A stretch of 62,184 nucleotides of DNA, counting the filler, from Deltaproteobacteria bacterium (GTDB lineage: Bacteria; JAUYMQ01), in assembly GCA_030698575.1 (NCBI GenBank). It is 8 parts of 8 records of this genome, joined end to end, with 100 filler letters (N's around TTAATTAATTAA, not from the genome) between each part and the next. Parts side by side here need not be neighbours in the genome. Positions count along the whole stretch, not along the records: positions 17,126 to 25,913 come from JAUYMQ010000451.1; positions 26,014 to 29,312 come from JAUYMQ010000452.1; 6 more parts are not named here. One strand, given 5' to 3'. A model generated the notes under the pieces. The model was not told the origin of the DNA. It was given only the letters and a program-made list of their open reading frames with translations, and ran no database searches. Positions within the stretch are counted from its first letter, which is position 1. Each line of letters begins with the position of its first letter. Shown here piece after piece: positions 17,126 through 26,516 of this stretch. The position numbers were made by a program, and so were the translations under genes.

Positions 17126-18334
17126 GAGCCGATCTACCTCGACCACAACGCCACCACCCCCGTCGACGACCGGGTGTTAGAGGCTATGCGCCCCTACTTC
17201 TCCGAGAAGTTCGGGAACGCCGCGAGCCGCACGCACCGCTTCGGCTGGGAGGCCGAGGAGGCGGTCGAGAATGCCCGCAAGCAGGTGGCCGACCTCATCG
17301 GCGCCGACAGCCCCAAGACCATCATCTTCACGAGCGGTGCCACCGAGAGCAACAACCTCGCCATCAAGGGGGTGCTGGCCGCTCAGAAGCGCGAGCGCGC
17401 GCACGTCATCACCGTGGCCACCGAGCACAAGTGCGTGCTCGACTCTTGCGGCGAGATGGAAAAGCAGGGGCACGAGGTGACGGTGCTGGGCGTCGACAGC
17501 AACGGCCTGGTCGATCCCGAGGACATCCGGAAGGCGCTGCGCGAGAACACGGTGCTGGTCAGCATCATGTGGGCCAATAACGAGATCGGAACGATCCAGA
17601 ACGTGGCGGAGATCGGGAGCATAGCGCGCGAGCACGGCGTCCTGTTTCACTCCGACGCGGTGCAGGCGGTGGGAAAGATTCCGGTGGACGTGCGAGCGGT
17701 GGGTGTCGATCTATTGTCGATCTCGGCGCACAAGATGTACGGCCCGAAGGGCGCCGGCGCGCTTTACATCGCGAGGCGACACCCGCCCGTCGCGCTGAAG
17801 CCGCTCTTTCACGGCGGCGGCCACGAGCGCGGAAAGCGCTCGGGCACGCTGGCGGTGCCGAACATCGTGGGGCTCGGGAAGGCCTGCGAGGTCGCGGCCG
17901 GGGACCTCGCCGCTGAAGGCGCCCGCCAGACCGCGCTGCGCGATCGGCTGTGCGAAAACATTCTTGGAAAACTCGACCACGTCGAGCTGAACGGCCACCC
18001 GACCGAGCGGCTTCCGAACAACCTGAACCTCTCGTTCCGCTACATCGAGGCCGAGAACCTGGTGATGGGGATGCAGGACATCGCCGTCTCGACCGGCTCG
18101 GCCTGCACCTCTGGCAGCAACGAGCCCTCCTACGTGATCAAGGCCCTGGGCGGCGACGCCGACCGCGCCTACGCCTCCGTCCGCTTCGGCATCGGCCGCT
18201 CGACCACCGAGGCCGAGATCGACTTCGCCGCCGACACCGTCGTGAAGACCGTCCAGCGCCTCCGCGCCCTCTCGCCCCAGTTCGAAAAGCTCAAGAAAAA
18301 GGCCGCCGAGGCGGCGGCTGCAAGGAACGTCTAG
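17126..18334 (+). CDS. iscS: cysteine desulfurase (5' end at contig edge)
   Basis: IYLDHNATTP, FTSGATESNN, HSDAVQ, SAHKMYGPKG, STGSACTS. Confidence 0.92.
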   Translation, partial: EPIYLDHNATTPVDDRVLEAMRPYFSEKFGNAASRTHRFGWEAEEAVENARKQVADLIGADSPKTIIFTSGATESNNLAIKGVLAAQKRERAHVITVATEHKCVLDSCGEMEKQGHEVTVLGVDSNGLVDPEDIRKALRENTVLVSIMWANNEIGTIQNVAEIGSIAREHGVLFHSDAVQAVGKIPVDVRAVGVDLLSISAHKMYGPKGAGALYIARRHPPVALKPLFHGGGHERGKRSGTLAVPNIVGLGKACEVAAGDLAAEGARQTALRDRLCENILGKLDHVELNGHPTERLPNNLNLSFRYIEAENLVMGMQDIAVSTGSACTSGSNEPSYVIKALGGDADRAYASVRFGIGRSTTEAEIDFAADTVVKTVQRLRALSPQFEKLKKKAAEAAAARNV

Positions 18335-18426
18335 ATTCGCGGGGTTCCGTTCGGCTCATATGCGATCGATCTTTGACCTTCTGGCACTTCTTCCCGCGGC
18401 CTTGGCAGAGGATGGCAAGCGGCCAT

Positions 18427-18828
18427 CTATACCTGCCGCTCCGCCATTTGTCGTCTTCTTCGGACAGATAGAACGATGGCGGCGCCGATCAGGAATGCCC
18501 AGCACAGCAAGATGAAGGACAGGCGGGAAAATACCGCGGAGAACTGGGCCCTGGCCCAGCTCTCGATGAGGGCATTATCGGCGGCGATCTCCGCATAGGT
18601 CGGGTTGAAGGAGCATCCGCGGACGTTAACGCCAAAGAAAGCCATGAAGGCGATGAGCATCAGTGTCGGGTACAGAAGCCGGTGAAAGAGGCTCAGCAGA
18701 CGGCTGGGTGCGAGTGCCGCGACCACCTCCGAAAGGCTTACCCGGAGCCACAGATAGCTGACAGTCGCAACGAGAAACGTTACGACGATGCCGGTGTAGT
18801 AAACCGTTTTTAGGAATGCGTCATCCAT
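18427..18828 (-). CDS. hypothetical membrane protein
   Basis: three hydrophobic helices; overlaps the upstream small membrane gene. Confidence 0.6.
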   Translation of the reverse strand: MDDAFLKTVYYTGIVVTFLVATVSYLWLRVSLSEVVAALAPSRLLSLFHRLLYPTLMLIAFMAFFGVNVRGCSFNPTYAEIAADNALIESWARAQFSAVFSRLSFILLCWAFLIGAAIVLSVRRRRQMAERQV

Positions 18829-19180
18829 CGCGGCGGTGCCTCAGCGCACCGACGAGGAGTGTGGCAAGGACCAGGAACCCGAACAGGTAAACAGATAGAT
18901 TCTCGAGCGTCTCCGAAAATCCATAGGTGAACTTCCAGACGTACTCCAGGAAGGGGGAATCTGGTTTGAGGTCGAACTGGACTTCGAGGGCGGCGCTGAG
19001 CGCTGTGAAGAGAAGCACGAGAAACAGCACTCGGGTGAAGAATGTTGATGCGGCGTCCAGCCCCACGGCTTGATCGATCACATCGTGGACGATGCCGCGG
19101 AGCCAATAGTAGATCGAAAGAGCGAGAATGGCGGCGGTGGCCCACAGAAGGATAGCCCCCATGAAGTTTGGCTGAGACAT
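18821..19180 (-). CDS. hypothetical membrane protein
   Basis: three TM helices; GGAGGG upstream. Confidence 0.6.
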   Translation of the reverse strand: MSQPNFMGAILLWATAAILALSIYYWLRGIVHDVIDQAVGLDAASTFFTRVLFLVLLFTALSAALEVQFDLKPDSPFLEYVWKFTYGFSETLENLSVYLFGFLVLATLLVGALRHRRDG

Positions 19181-19183
19181 GCT

Positions 19184-19662
19184 TCACCCCTCCCTTGAGT
19201 TGAGCTGCTTCCGATGCGCCTGCACCAGATCCTCCACGCTCTCCCCATCGAGACGCATGGCCACGCGGCACCAGGTGCGGCCGGGCTCCGATTGGGAGTC
19301 GAGCACCACGAACTGCCCTCCGGCGCGGCGAAGCACCTCGCGATCGAACTCCATCATCCGATAGCAGGCGTCAACATCGCCCGTGCCCCGAAGCGGACAG
19401 GGGGTGTGGATCTGGGCGTAAACCGTGTTGCCCTCGACTTTCTCGATGGGCACCTGCTTCTTCGCCGGAAAGGCCCGCTGCCACGATGCGCCCAGTTCCT
19501 CGACCGACCCCGCTCGGCGAATGCCCTTCGTGCGCACAGTCATGCGCGCCAGGCCCCGGGTGAGGAAGTTCGAAACGGACGTCAGCGCGGGGGCCGCCGC
19601 GCGAAGAACGCCAGCGTACCCAGCACGGCCTGCATGCCCGCCTTGATGAAGCGTTTGCTCAT
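19184..19662 (-). CDS. hypothetical protein, apparently frameshifted near 19590
   Basis: MSKRFIKAG... from ATG 19662 stops early; a shifted frame continues ALTSVSNFLTRGLARMTV...HTPCPLRG...CYRMMEFD. Confidence 0.45.
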
Positions 19663-19697
19663 CGGAACCCCGGCAGGGATCGCGCCAGCCGATCCCG

Positions 19698-20645
19698 TCA
19701 CCCGTCGGACGCCTTCGCCCCGGCCGCCTCGATCCCCTCTCTGAAGCGCAGGTAGTCCCGCGCCGAATCGCCCGGCGCCTCGACCATCGGTATGTGGCCC
19801 ATGTCGTCTATCAGGAGCACATCCGCGTTCGGCATGAGGGCCTTGACCGCATCGGCCCCTTTGGGGTTCAGCGCGCGGTCCTGCTTCCCCCAGACCACCA
19901 GCGCGGGCGTGTCGAGCCGCGTGACAATGCTCTCGATCCGGGGTCCATCGACTATCTGATCGAAGATGCGGCTGTGAAGGTCATAGTCTGCAATGCCGCG
20001 CTCGGCCAGCACGTATTTGACCGAGTGAGGGACCCACGGGTGGCGGAACATGACGAAGCGTTCCGTCCTCGCGAAATCCTCGTGGGACCGCATGAGAAGA
20101 AAGTTCTCGCCCGTTTCCTTTATGCGCCGGGTCAGCTCCGAATCGAAAGCCGCTTCCGTGCCCGCGGGCGCCAGCAGCCAGAGGCTCGCTACCTCGTCCG
20201 GGTACTTGGCGGCATAAGCCATGGCGATCCCGCCGCCCATCGAGTTGCCGCCGAGATGCATGCGCGTGATCCCGAGCTGCCGGGCAAAGGCGCGCACGCG
20301 CTCGATCTGCTCGTCGATCGTATAGGTCACGTTATCGGGCCGGCTGCTCTCGCCGAAGCCGGGGAGATCGGGGATGATCACGTGATAGCGGCCGGTTAGC
20401 TTGGCCGAGACGCGCGTGAAATGATCCTTGTCGCCGCCGAAGCCGTGGATGAGCATGAGCGGCTCACCCTTGCCGCCTTCCAGGTAGGCGATCTCGAAGC
20501 CGGGGATCGCGGTCTTCTTCGCGGTCAGGCCGCACCGCATGCGCTCCAGGGTGAGCCCGATGCGCGCGGCCGGGTAGGGCGCCAGATAGTCGAAGGCCAC
20601 GAGGATCAGAACGATGACAACGAGCGCGATGAGATAGGGGGTCAT
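19698..20645 (-). CDS. alpha/beta hydrolase (lipase-like), N-terminal membrane anchor
   Basis: HGFGG, DLPGFG, GNSMGG, WGKQD, GHIPMVE. Confidence 0.88.
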   Translation of the reverse strand: MTPYLIALVVIVLILVAFDYLAPYPAARIGLTLERMRCGLTAKKTAIPGFEIAYLEGGKGEPLMLIHGFGGDKDHFTRVSAKLTGRYHVIIPDLPGFGESSRPDNVTYTIDEQIERVRAFARQLGITRMHLGGNSMGGGIAMAYAAKYPDEVASLWLLAPAGTEAAFDSELTRRIKETGENFLLMRSHEDFARTERFVMFRHPWVPHSVKYVLAERGIADYDLHSRIFDQIVDGPRIESIVTRLDTPALVVWGKQDRALNPKGADAVKALMPNADVLLIDDMGHIPMVEAPGDSARDYLRFREGIEAAGAKASDG

Positions 20646-20684
20646 ACTCAAATCTCCTGTGAACAAACGAGGACGAGTGCGAGG

Positions 20685-20856
20685 GGGATTGCTTCGTCGG
20701 GCCTAAAGACCTTCTCGGCCCGCGCTTCGCGCGGGACCTCGGGCGGCCCTCCTCGCAATGACATGCGGTGGGGGGTGCCTTGCGCGGGACCTCGGGCCTC
20801 GCAAAGGGTACATTTTGCGCGTGTCATTGCGAGGAGCGAAGCGACGAAGCAATCCC
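20685..20856. repeat. REP-like palindromic elements (GTCATTGCGAGGAGCGAAGCGACGAAGCAATCCC family)
   Basis: GGGATTGCTTCGTCG...CCTCGCAATGAC at 20685-20762 and the inverted unit at 20823-20856. Confidence 0.7.
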
Positions 20857-21034
20857 CTGCGATCTCGGCATAGCTGGCACCGGCCCGGGCGCGTCCCATA
20901 TTATATTTCTTTCGGGCTTGAAAGAGAAACCTGGCGCCCCATCCCGGGAGAAAGCCCCGCTTTGATAGGGCCGCGAGCCGGTGCTAAGATTGGGCGGACA
21001 ACAGGCAGCGAACACCCCCGGAACGAGGCCAACC

Positions 21035-22186
21035 GTGACGATTCCGATCGAGATGTTCAACGAAGAGCACGAACTTTTCAGGGCGCAGTGCCGGCGCTTC
21101 ATCGAATCAGAGCTGGCGCCCAACGCCGACGCGTGGGAGACCGCCAAGGACTTCCCCGACGAGGTTTTCCGCAAGGTGGGCGCGGCGGGCTTCTTCGGCA
21201 TCCGCGTGCCCGAGCAGTACGGCGGCGCGGGGGGCGATCACCTCATGGCCTCGGTCTGGATCGAGGAGTGCTCGCGGGCCGGCTCGGGCGGCGTGGTCGC
21301 GGGCATCAACATGCACGGGCTCATCATCCTGCCGGCCCTCGCGCAGCTCGCCAATGAAGAGCAGAAGCAGCGCTTTCTCGTGCCCGGCGTGCGCGGCGAG
21401 AAGATCGGCGCCCTGGGGCTCACCGAACCCGGCGTGGGCTCCGATCTGTTCAACTGCGCCAGCATCGCAAAGCGCGACGGCGACGACTGGGTGCTGAACG
21501 GCGCCAAGATGTTCATCACCAACGGCTGCCGCGCCGACTTCGTGCTGGTGCTCTGCAAGACCCGTCCCGAGGACGGGCACGGCGGCTTCTCGACGCTCAT
21601 TGTCGAGAAGGGGATGAAGGGCTTCGACCAGGGCAAGCGCCTCGAAAAACTCGGCTGGCACGCGAGCGATACCGCCGAGCTGGTCTTCGACAACGTCCGT
21701 GTGCCGTCGGCGAACCTGATGGGCCAGGAAGGGCAGGGCTTCTACAACGCGATGGCCAACCTCGAGTGGGAGCGTCTCATGATGGCGCTCGGCTCCATCG
21801 CGGCCTCGCAGCTCGTCTGGGATCGCACAATGGAGTACGTGCAAACGCGCCAGGCCTTCGGCCGCCCCATCGGCCGCTTCCAGGTGAATCGCCACAAGAT
21901 GGTCGACATGGCGACCGGGATCGAGGCCGCGCGGCAGCTCAACTATCATTGCCTGCGGCTGCTCCTGGCCGGGCGGCCGTGTCTCAAGGAAGTGAGCATG
22001 GCGAAGATTTTCGCCTGCGAGGTGACCGATAGTGTGGCAACGACGTGCCTGCAACTCCACGGCGGGTACGGCTACATGAAGGAGTACAAGGTCGAGCGGT
22101 TTTTCCGTGACGCGCGGCTCAACACCATCGGCGGCGGGACCACGGAGATCATGAAGGAGATCATCGGGAAGCTGATCGGGCTCTGA
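21035..22186 (+). CDS. acyl-CoA dehydrogenase
   Basis: LTEPGVGSD, LNGAKMFITNG, RQAFGRPI, QLHGGYGY, IGGGTTEIM. Confidence 0.93.
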   Translation: MTIPIEMFNEEHELFRAQCRRFIESELAPNADAWETAKDFPDEVFRKVGAAGFFGIRVPEQYGGAGGDHLMASVWIEECSRAGSGGVVAGINMHGLIILPALAQLANEEQKQRFLVPGVRGEKIGALGLTEPGVGSDLFNCASIAKRDGDDWVLNGAKMFITNGCRADFVLVLCKTRPEDGHGGFSTLIVEKGMKGFDQGKRLEKLGWHASDTAELVFDNVRVPSANLMGQEGQGFYNAMANLEWERLMMALGSIAASQLVWDRTMEYVQTRQAFGRPIGRFQVNRHKMVDMATGIEAARQLNYHCLRLLLAGRPCLKEVSMAKIFACEVTDSVATTCLQLHGGYGYMKEYKVERFFRDARLNTIGGGTTEIMKEIIGKLIGL

Positions 22187-22646
22187 CCGGAAGCCAGCGG
22201 GGCACGCGCGCGCGGTAGAGATCGTAGGCATCGCCGAAGGCTCGCCGCAGCCGAGGCTCTTCGACCCCGACCACGAACAGGTGCATCACGATCGCCAGCC
22301 CCACCCCATACATCCCCAGAGCCGCCGAGCGCCAGACCAGCGCCTCGCCCGCGACCATCATCAGGATGCCCAGGTAGAAGGGATTGCGCGCGCGACCGTA
22401 GGGGCCCTGCAGGAGCAGGCGCCGCGGTGTAGCGAAAGGGTGGAGCGCCGTTTCGCCGAAGCGCACGAAGCGCGTGGCGGCGGTCACGCAGATCAGGGCG
22501 CCGAGAAGCCCGACTGCCATGCCCGCCAACCCCGTCACCGAGAGCAAACATGCCCGCGGGCCACAGCCTGCAATCCAGCCGGGGATCGCGCCCGCGAGCA
22601 GGAACGCGACGAGAACGGGCGGGCCAAAAAAGCGAACGCTCACCAT
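22161..22646 (-). CDS. isoprenylcysteine carboxyl/phospholipid methyltransferase family
   Basis: GPYGRARNPFYLG, EEPRLRRAFGDAY, VPRW. Confidence 0.85.
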   Translation of the reverse strand: MVSVRFFGPPVLVAFLLAGAIPGWIAGCGPRACLLSVTGLAGMAVGLLGALICVTAATRFVRFGETALHPFATPRRLLLQGPYGRARNPFYLGILMMVAGEALVWRSAALGMYGVGLAIVMHLFVVGVEEPRLRRAFGDAYDLYRARVPRWLPVRARSASR

Positions 22647-22647
22647 T

Positions 22648-25600
22648 TTACGGCAGGCCCTTCACGAGCTGGCCGAGGACGCTGAAGGGCGTGAATCGGG
22701 AGAGGCGTGCGGTCTCGATCTCGGCGCGGTCGCGCGCGAGCCGTTCGAAGATTCGCGCGTTCCGCCGCCGGTAGCCGAGCCAGCAACTCTGCCAGTTGAG
22801 CCCGGGCTTGGCGCCGGAGATGATGCCGGCGACAATCGCGTGCTGCTTGCGAATGAGTTCACCGCGTAAATTCCCGTAGGCAATATTGTCCCACTCAGCC
22901 GGCTTGGGCGCCTCGGCCATCTTGAGCAGCATCCAGTCAAGTTGCGCGGCTTCGCCGAGCGCGTAGTACAGCTGCCCAACTTCGGCAATCGACCAGCCCG
23001 CCGGCTCGCCCGCCTCGCGCGCGATCCGCCCGATGTCCACCCAGCGCAGCTGCCCGCGGAAGACCGCCACCCGCCGGGCCAGCGCCTCCGGCAGCCCGCC
23101 CTCGCAAAGCTGCACGAAGCGCTGCTCCGAGAGCGCGCGCCGGCTGGGCGAGAGGATGCCCTGGAGCTGCGGGCTGGCCTCGGCGATCATCGTCCGGTAC
23201 TCCTCCACAATGTCACGCCACCGCTCGGGCGCGCCGATGGTCGGAAGCACCCACCGCACCGCTTCGATAAGTGTGTCCTCGATGAGCAGGAACGCCTCGT
23301 AACGCGTGGTCACGGGCGAATCGAAGCCCGTCGCCTCGAGATCGCGTCGGAGCGGCGCTGCGCCCAGCACCTCGTCGGCCATGATGTAAGCGGCGGCGAT
23401 CTCGCCCGGATCGCGTCCGGTCTCATTCACCAGCTCGTGCATGAATGTAGTACCTCCCCAGTCGACAATGAGATTCGCGAGCTGTGTCGCCGTGATCTCG
23501 CGGCGGAGGGGATGAGCCCGTAGCGCGACGGGATCGAGACGACGAACCGCCTCGGGGAAGTAGGCCTCGAACATCGGCTCGAAGGCGGATGAATCGATGA
23601 ACTCACTCGCGAGCAGCATCTCGTAGGCGTCGAGCTTGGCGTGCCCGAGGAGCACCGAAATCTCGGGCCGCGAGAGGGTCTGGCCGTTGTCACGGCGCTT
23701 GAGAAGCGCCTTGGCGGAAGGCAGGCAGTCCTCCGCCCGGCTGATCTTCCCCTCGGACTCGAGCGCATCGATGAGCCAGATGAACTCCTCGATACTGCGC
23801 CGGCTGCGCATCTGATCAAGCGAGATGAGCCGCGACTGGCTCCAGTTGTGCTCCGTGACCATCTCGCAGACTTCTGCCTTGATCTCCGTCAGCAAACGGT
23901 TGCGGGCCTCGAAATCGAGGCGCTTCTCGCGCACGAGCGGCTGAAGCCCGATCTTCAGGTTCACCTCGTGGTCCGACAGATCGACGCCCGCCGAGTTGTC
24001 GATGGCGTCACTGTTGAGCCTCACGCCGCGGAGGCTGAGTTCAATGCGCCCCCGCTGCGTGATGCCGAGGTTGCCCCCCTCGCCGATCACCTTAGCGCGC
24101 ACCTCGGGCGCCTTCACGCGCACCCGTTCGTTCGCCTTGTCGCCGACCTCGAGGTCGGTCTCGTCGGCGCCCTTGATGTAAGTGCCGATGCCTCCGTTCC
24201 AGAGGAGGTCGAACTCGGCGCGAAGCAGCGTGCGGATGAGCTCCTCGCCCCCCAGGCTCCCGGCCTCGACACCGAGCATGACCTTCACGGCCGGCGGGAG
24301 CGGGATGGCCTTGGCCTGCCGCGGGAACACGCCGCCCCCCTCCGATATGAGCGCGCGATCGTAGTTGTTCCAGGTCGAGCCGGGTGTGTTGAACAGCCGC
24401 TCGCGCTCGGCGAAACTCTTCTCCGGGTCGGGATCGGGGTCGAGAAAAACGTGCAGGTGGTTGAAGGCCGCCACGAGCTTCATGTGCCTCGACAGCAGCA
24501 TGCCGTTTCCGAAGACGTCGCCGCTCATGTCGCCGATGCCGAGCACACGGATGGGCGCCTTGTCGACGTCGATGCCCATCTCGACGAAGTGGCGCCTGAC
24601 GCAGGTCCAGGCGCCCTTGGCGGTGATCCCCTCCTTCTTGTGGTCGTAGCCGTGAGAGCCCCCGGACGCGAAGGCGTCGCCCAGCCAGAAGCCCGCCTCC
24701 TCCGAGATGCGGTTGGCCGTGTCGGATAGATGGGCCGTTCCCTTGTCGGCCGCGACGACGAAGTAGGGGTCGTCGCCGTCGTAGGCGACCACATGCCTTG
24801 GCTTCAGGATCTTGCCGTCCACGCGGTTGTCGGTCACATCGAGGAAGCCGCGAATGAGTATTTCGTAGCGGGCGTCGGCGAGCTTTCTCGCCTCGTCCCG
24901 GGGGAGTGGCTTTGTCTTCAGGATGAACCCGCCCTTGGCGCCCACGGGCACGATGAGCGCGTTCTTCACCTGCTGTGTCTTCATGAGGCCCAGAATTTCG
25001 GTGCGGTAGTCCTCGAGGCGGTCGCTCCAGCGGAGCCCCCCACGCGCTACGCGCCCGCCGCGAAGGTGCATGCCTTCCATCTGCGGGCCGCGCACGAGCA
25101 GCTCGAAGGCCGGGCGTGGGAGGGGCAGGTTCTCGACCTGGGCGCCATCGATCTTGAGAGTGAGGAAGTAGGGATTGGCGCGATGCCGGTAGTAGTTCGT
25201 CCGTAGCGTCGAGTCGACAAAGTTCCTGAGCGTGCGAAGCACGCGGTCATCGTTGAAGTCCGGAATCTCCTTGAGCTTCTCCTCGAAAGCCTCGCGGCTC
25301 GCCGCGGTCTGCTTCTCCCGCGCCTCGGGTGAATGCTTCGGATTGAAACGCGCGTCGAAGATCGCGAAGAGCGCAAGGCTCGCCCCCACGTTCCGGATGA
25401 GCACCTCGCGATAGAATTGGATGGAAAAGGGAGTGCCGATCTGCTTCGCGTAGGTGATGTAGGCCCTTATCACATCCACCGCGCGCCAGCCGATCCGGGC
25501 TTCCGTCACCAGCCGGTTCAGCGGATCATCGTCAACGGCGCCGCTGAACACCGCGCGAAGCGTCTGTTCGAGGAGGATCGCCAGGGGGCCCAGATCCTTC

Positions 25601-25911
25601 TCGTCGGGCCAGGCGTTCTCTATCTCGAAGACGTCCATGTAGAGCGGAGCGGTACCAGCCGGCCGGACGTCGGTCGGCACCTCGCTGACCACGCGCAGGC
25701 CAAGGTTGCCGAGGGCGGGCATGCTGTCGGCGAGCGTCACGCGCTCCATCGCGTACATGCTGAGATGGAGGGCTGCCGCTTTGCCTTCCTTCGCGCGCCG
25801 GCTGAGCGATACCTGGAGGTCTCCTGATTTCAGGAGTTCCTCGATTCGATCGATGTCGTCGGCCCCCATCGCCGCGGTGCTGCTCACCTCGTAGGACTCG
25901 GGGAAGGCCTC
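22648..25911 (-). CDS. gdhB: large NAD-specific glutamate dehydrogenase (5' truncated by gap)
   Basis: RGGLRWSDR, IVPVGAKGGF, VVAADKGTA, DAFASGGS, GDMSGDVFGNG, DNSAGVD. Confidence 0.92.
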   Translation of the reverse strand, partial: EAFPESYEVSSTAAMGADDIDRIEELLKSGDLQVSLSRRAKEGKAAALHLSMYAMERVTLADSMPALGNLGLRVVSEVPTDVRPAGTAPLYMDVFEIENAWPDEKDLGPLAILLEQTLRAVFSGAVDDDPLNRLVTEARIGWRAVDVIRAYITYAKQIGTPFSIQFYREVLIRNVGASLALFAIFDARFNPKHSPEAREKQTAASREAFEEKLKEIPDFNDDRVLRTLRNFVDSTLRTNYYRHRANPYFLTLKIDGAQVENLPLPRPAFELLVRGPQMEGMHLRGGRVARGGLRWSDRLEDYRTEILGLMKTQQVKNALIVPVGAKGGFILKTKPLPRDEARKLADARYEILIRGFLDVTDNRVDGKILKPRHVVAYDGDDPYFVVAADKGTAHLSDTANRISEEAGFWLGDAFASGGSHGYDHKKEGITAKGAWTCVRRHFVEMGIDVDKAPIRVLGIGDMSGDVFGNGMLLSRHMKLVAAFNHLHVFLDPDPDPEKSFAERERLFNTPGSTWNNYDRALISEGGGVFPRQAKAIPLPPAVKVMLGVEAGSLGGEELIRTLLRAEFDLLWNGGIGTYIKGADETDLEVGDKANERVRVKAPEVRAKVIGEGGNLGITQRGRIELSLRGVRLNSDAIDNSAGVDLSDHEVNLKIGLQPLVREKRLDFEARNRLLTEIKAEVCEMVTEHNWSQSRLISLDQMRSRRSIEEFIWLIDALESEGKISRAEDCLPSAKALLKRRDNGQTLSRPEISVLLGHAKLDAYEMLLASEFIDSSAFEPMFEAYFPEAVRRLDPVALRAHPLRREITATQLANLIVDWGGTTFMHELVNETGRDPGEIAAAYIMADEVLGAAPLRRDLEATGFDSPVTTRYEAFLLIEDTLIEAVRWVLPTIGAPERWRDIVEEYRTMIAEASPQLQGILSPSRRALSEQRFVQLCEGGLPEALARRVAVFRGQLRWVDIGRIAREAGEPAGWSIAEVGQLYYALGEAAQLDWMLLKMAEAPKPAEWDNIAYGNLRGELIRKQHAIVAGIISGAKPGLNWQSCWLGYRRRNARIFERLARDRAEIETARLSRFTPFSVLGQLVKGLP

Positions 25912-26013
25912 CGNNNNNNNNNNNNNNNNNNNNNNNNNNNNNNNNNNNNNNNNNNNNTTAATTAATTAANNNNNNNNNNNNNNNNNNNNNNNNNNNNNNN
26001 NNNNNNNNNNNNN

Positions 26014-26516
26014 TCGCAGATGAGCCGGCGGCGTAGAGCGCTGAGCAGCTTGAAGTCACGGTTGAGGTACTCCGGAAGGTAGATGGCTTCTACTCCCAGG
26101 TTCTCGAAGTACAGGGCCTTGTCCACGTCGTCGACGTTCGCGAGCGTGGAAACACACACCCGGAGCTCCGGGAAGCGTCGCTTCACCATTTCGACGACAT
26201 AGGGACTGGTCGCTACCACTCCCTCCGCGCCGGACTCGGTCAGCCAGCCCAGTCGTTCGGCCAGGGCTCGCTGGCCTTCGGCCGTCTGCTCGCGGTTGCC
26301 GCTGCACGATGCGTTCAGCGTGTACATGAAGCCGATACCGCGTTCGCGTGCATCGGCAATCCGCTGGCCGAATCCTGCCAGGTCCACGGAGGGGAGCCAG
26401 GCACGCGGTCGCCCGCCCGGCTCCTCCGGCAGCGAGCCGTACATCCAACGCACCGGGTCGGGCGCCAGGTCGTCGAGGAAGCCCTCGCCGAACATGGCGG
26501 GAATAACGAGTTTCAA
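26014..26516 (-). CDS. U32 peptidase-family protein (3' truncated)
   Basis: MYGSL...GGRP, FMYTLNASCSGN, VSTLANV, LPEYLNRDF; TTGA overlap with the upstream gene. Confidence 0.75.
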
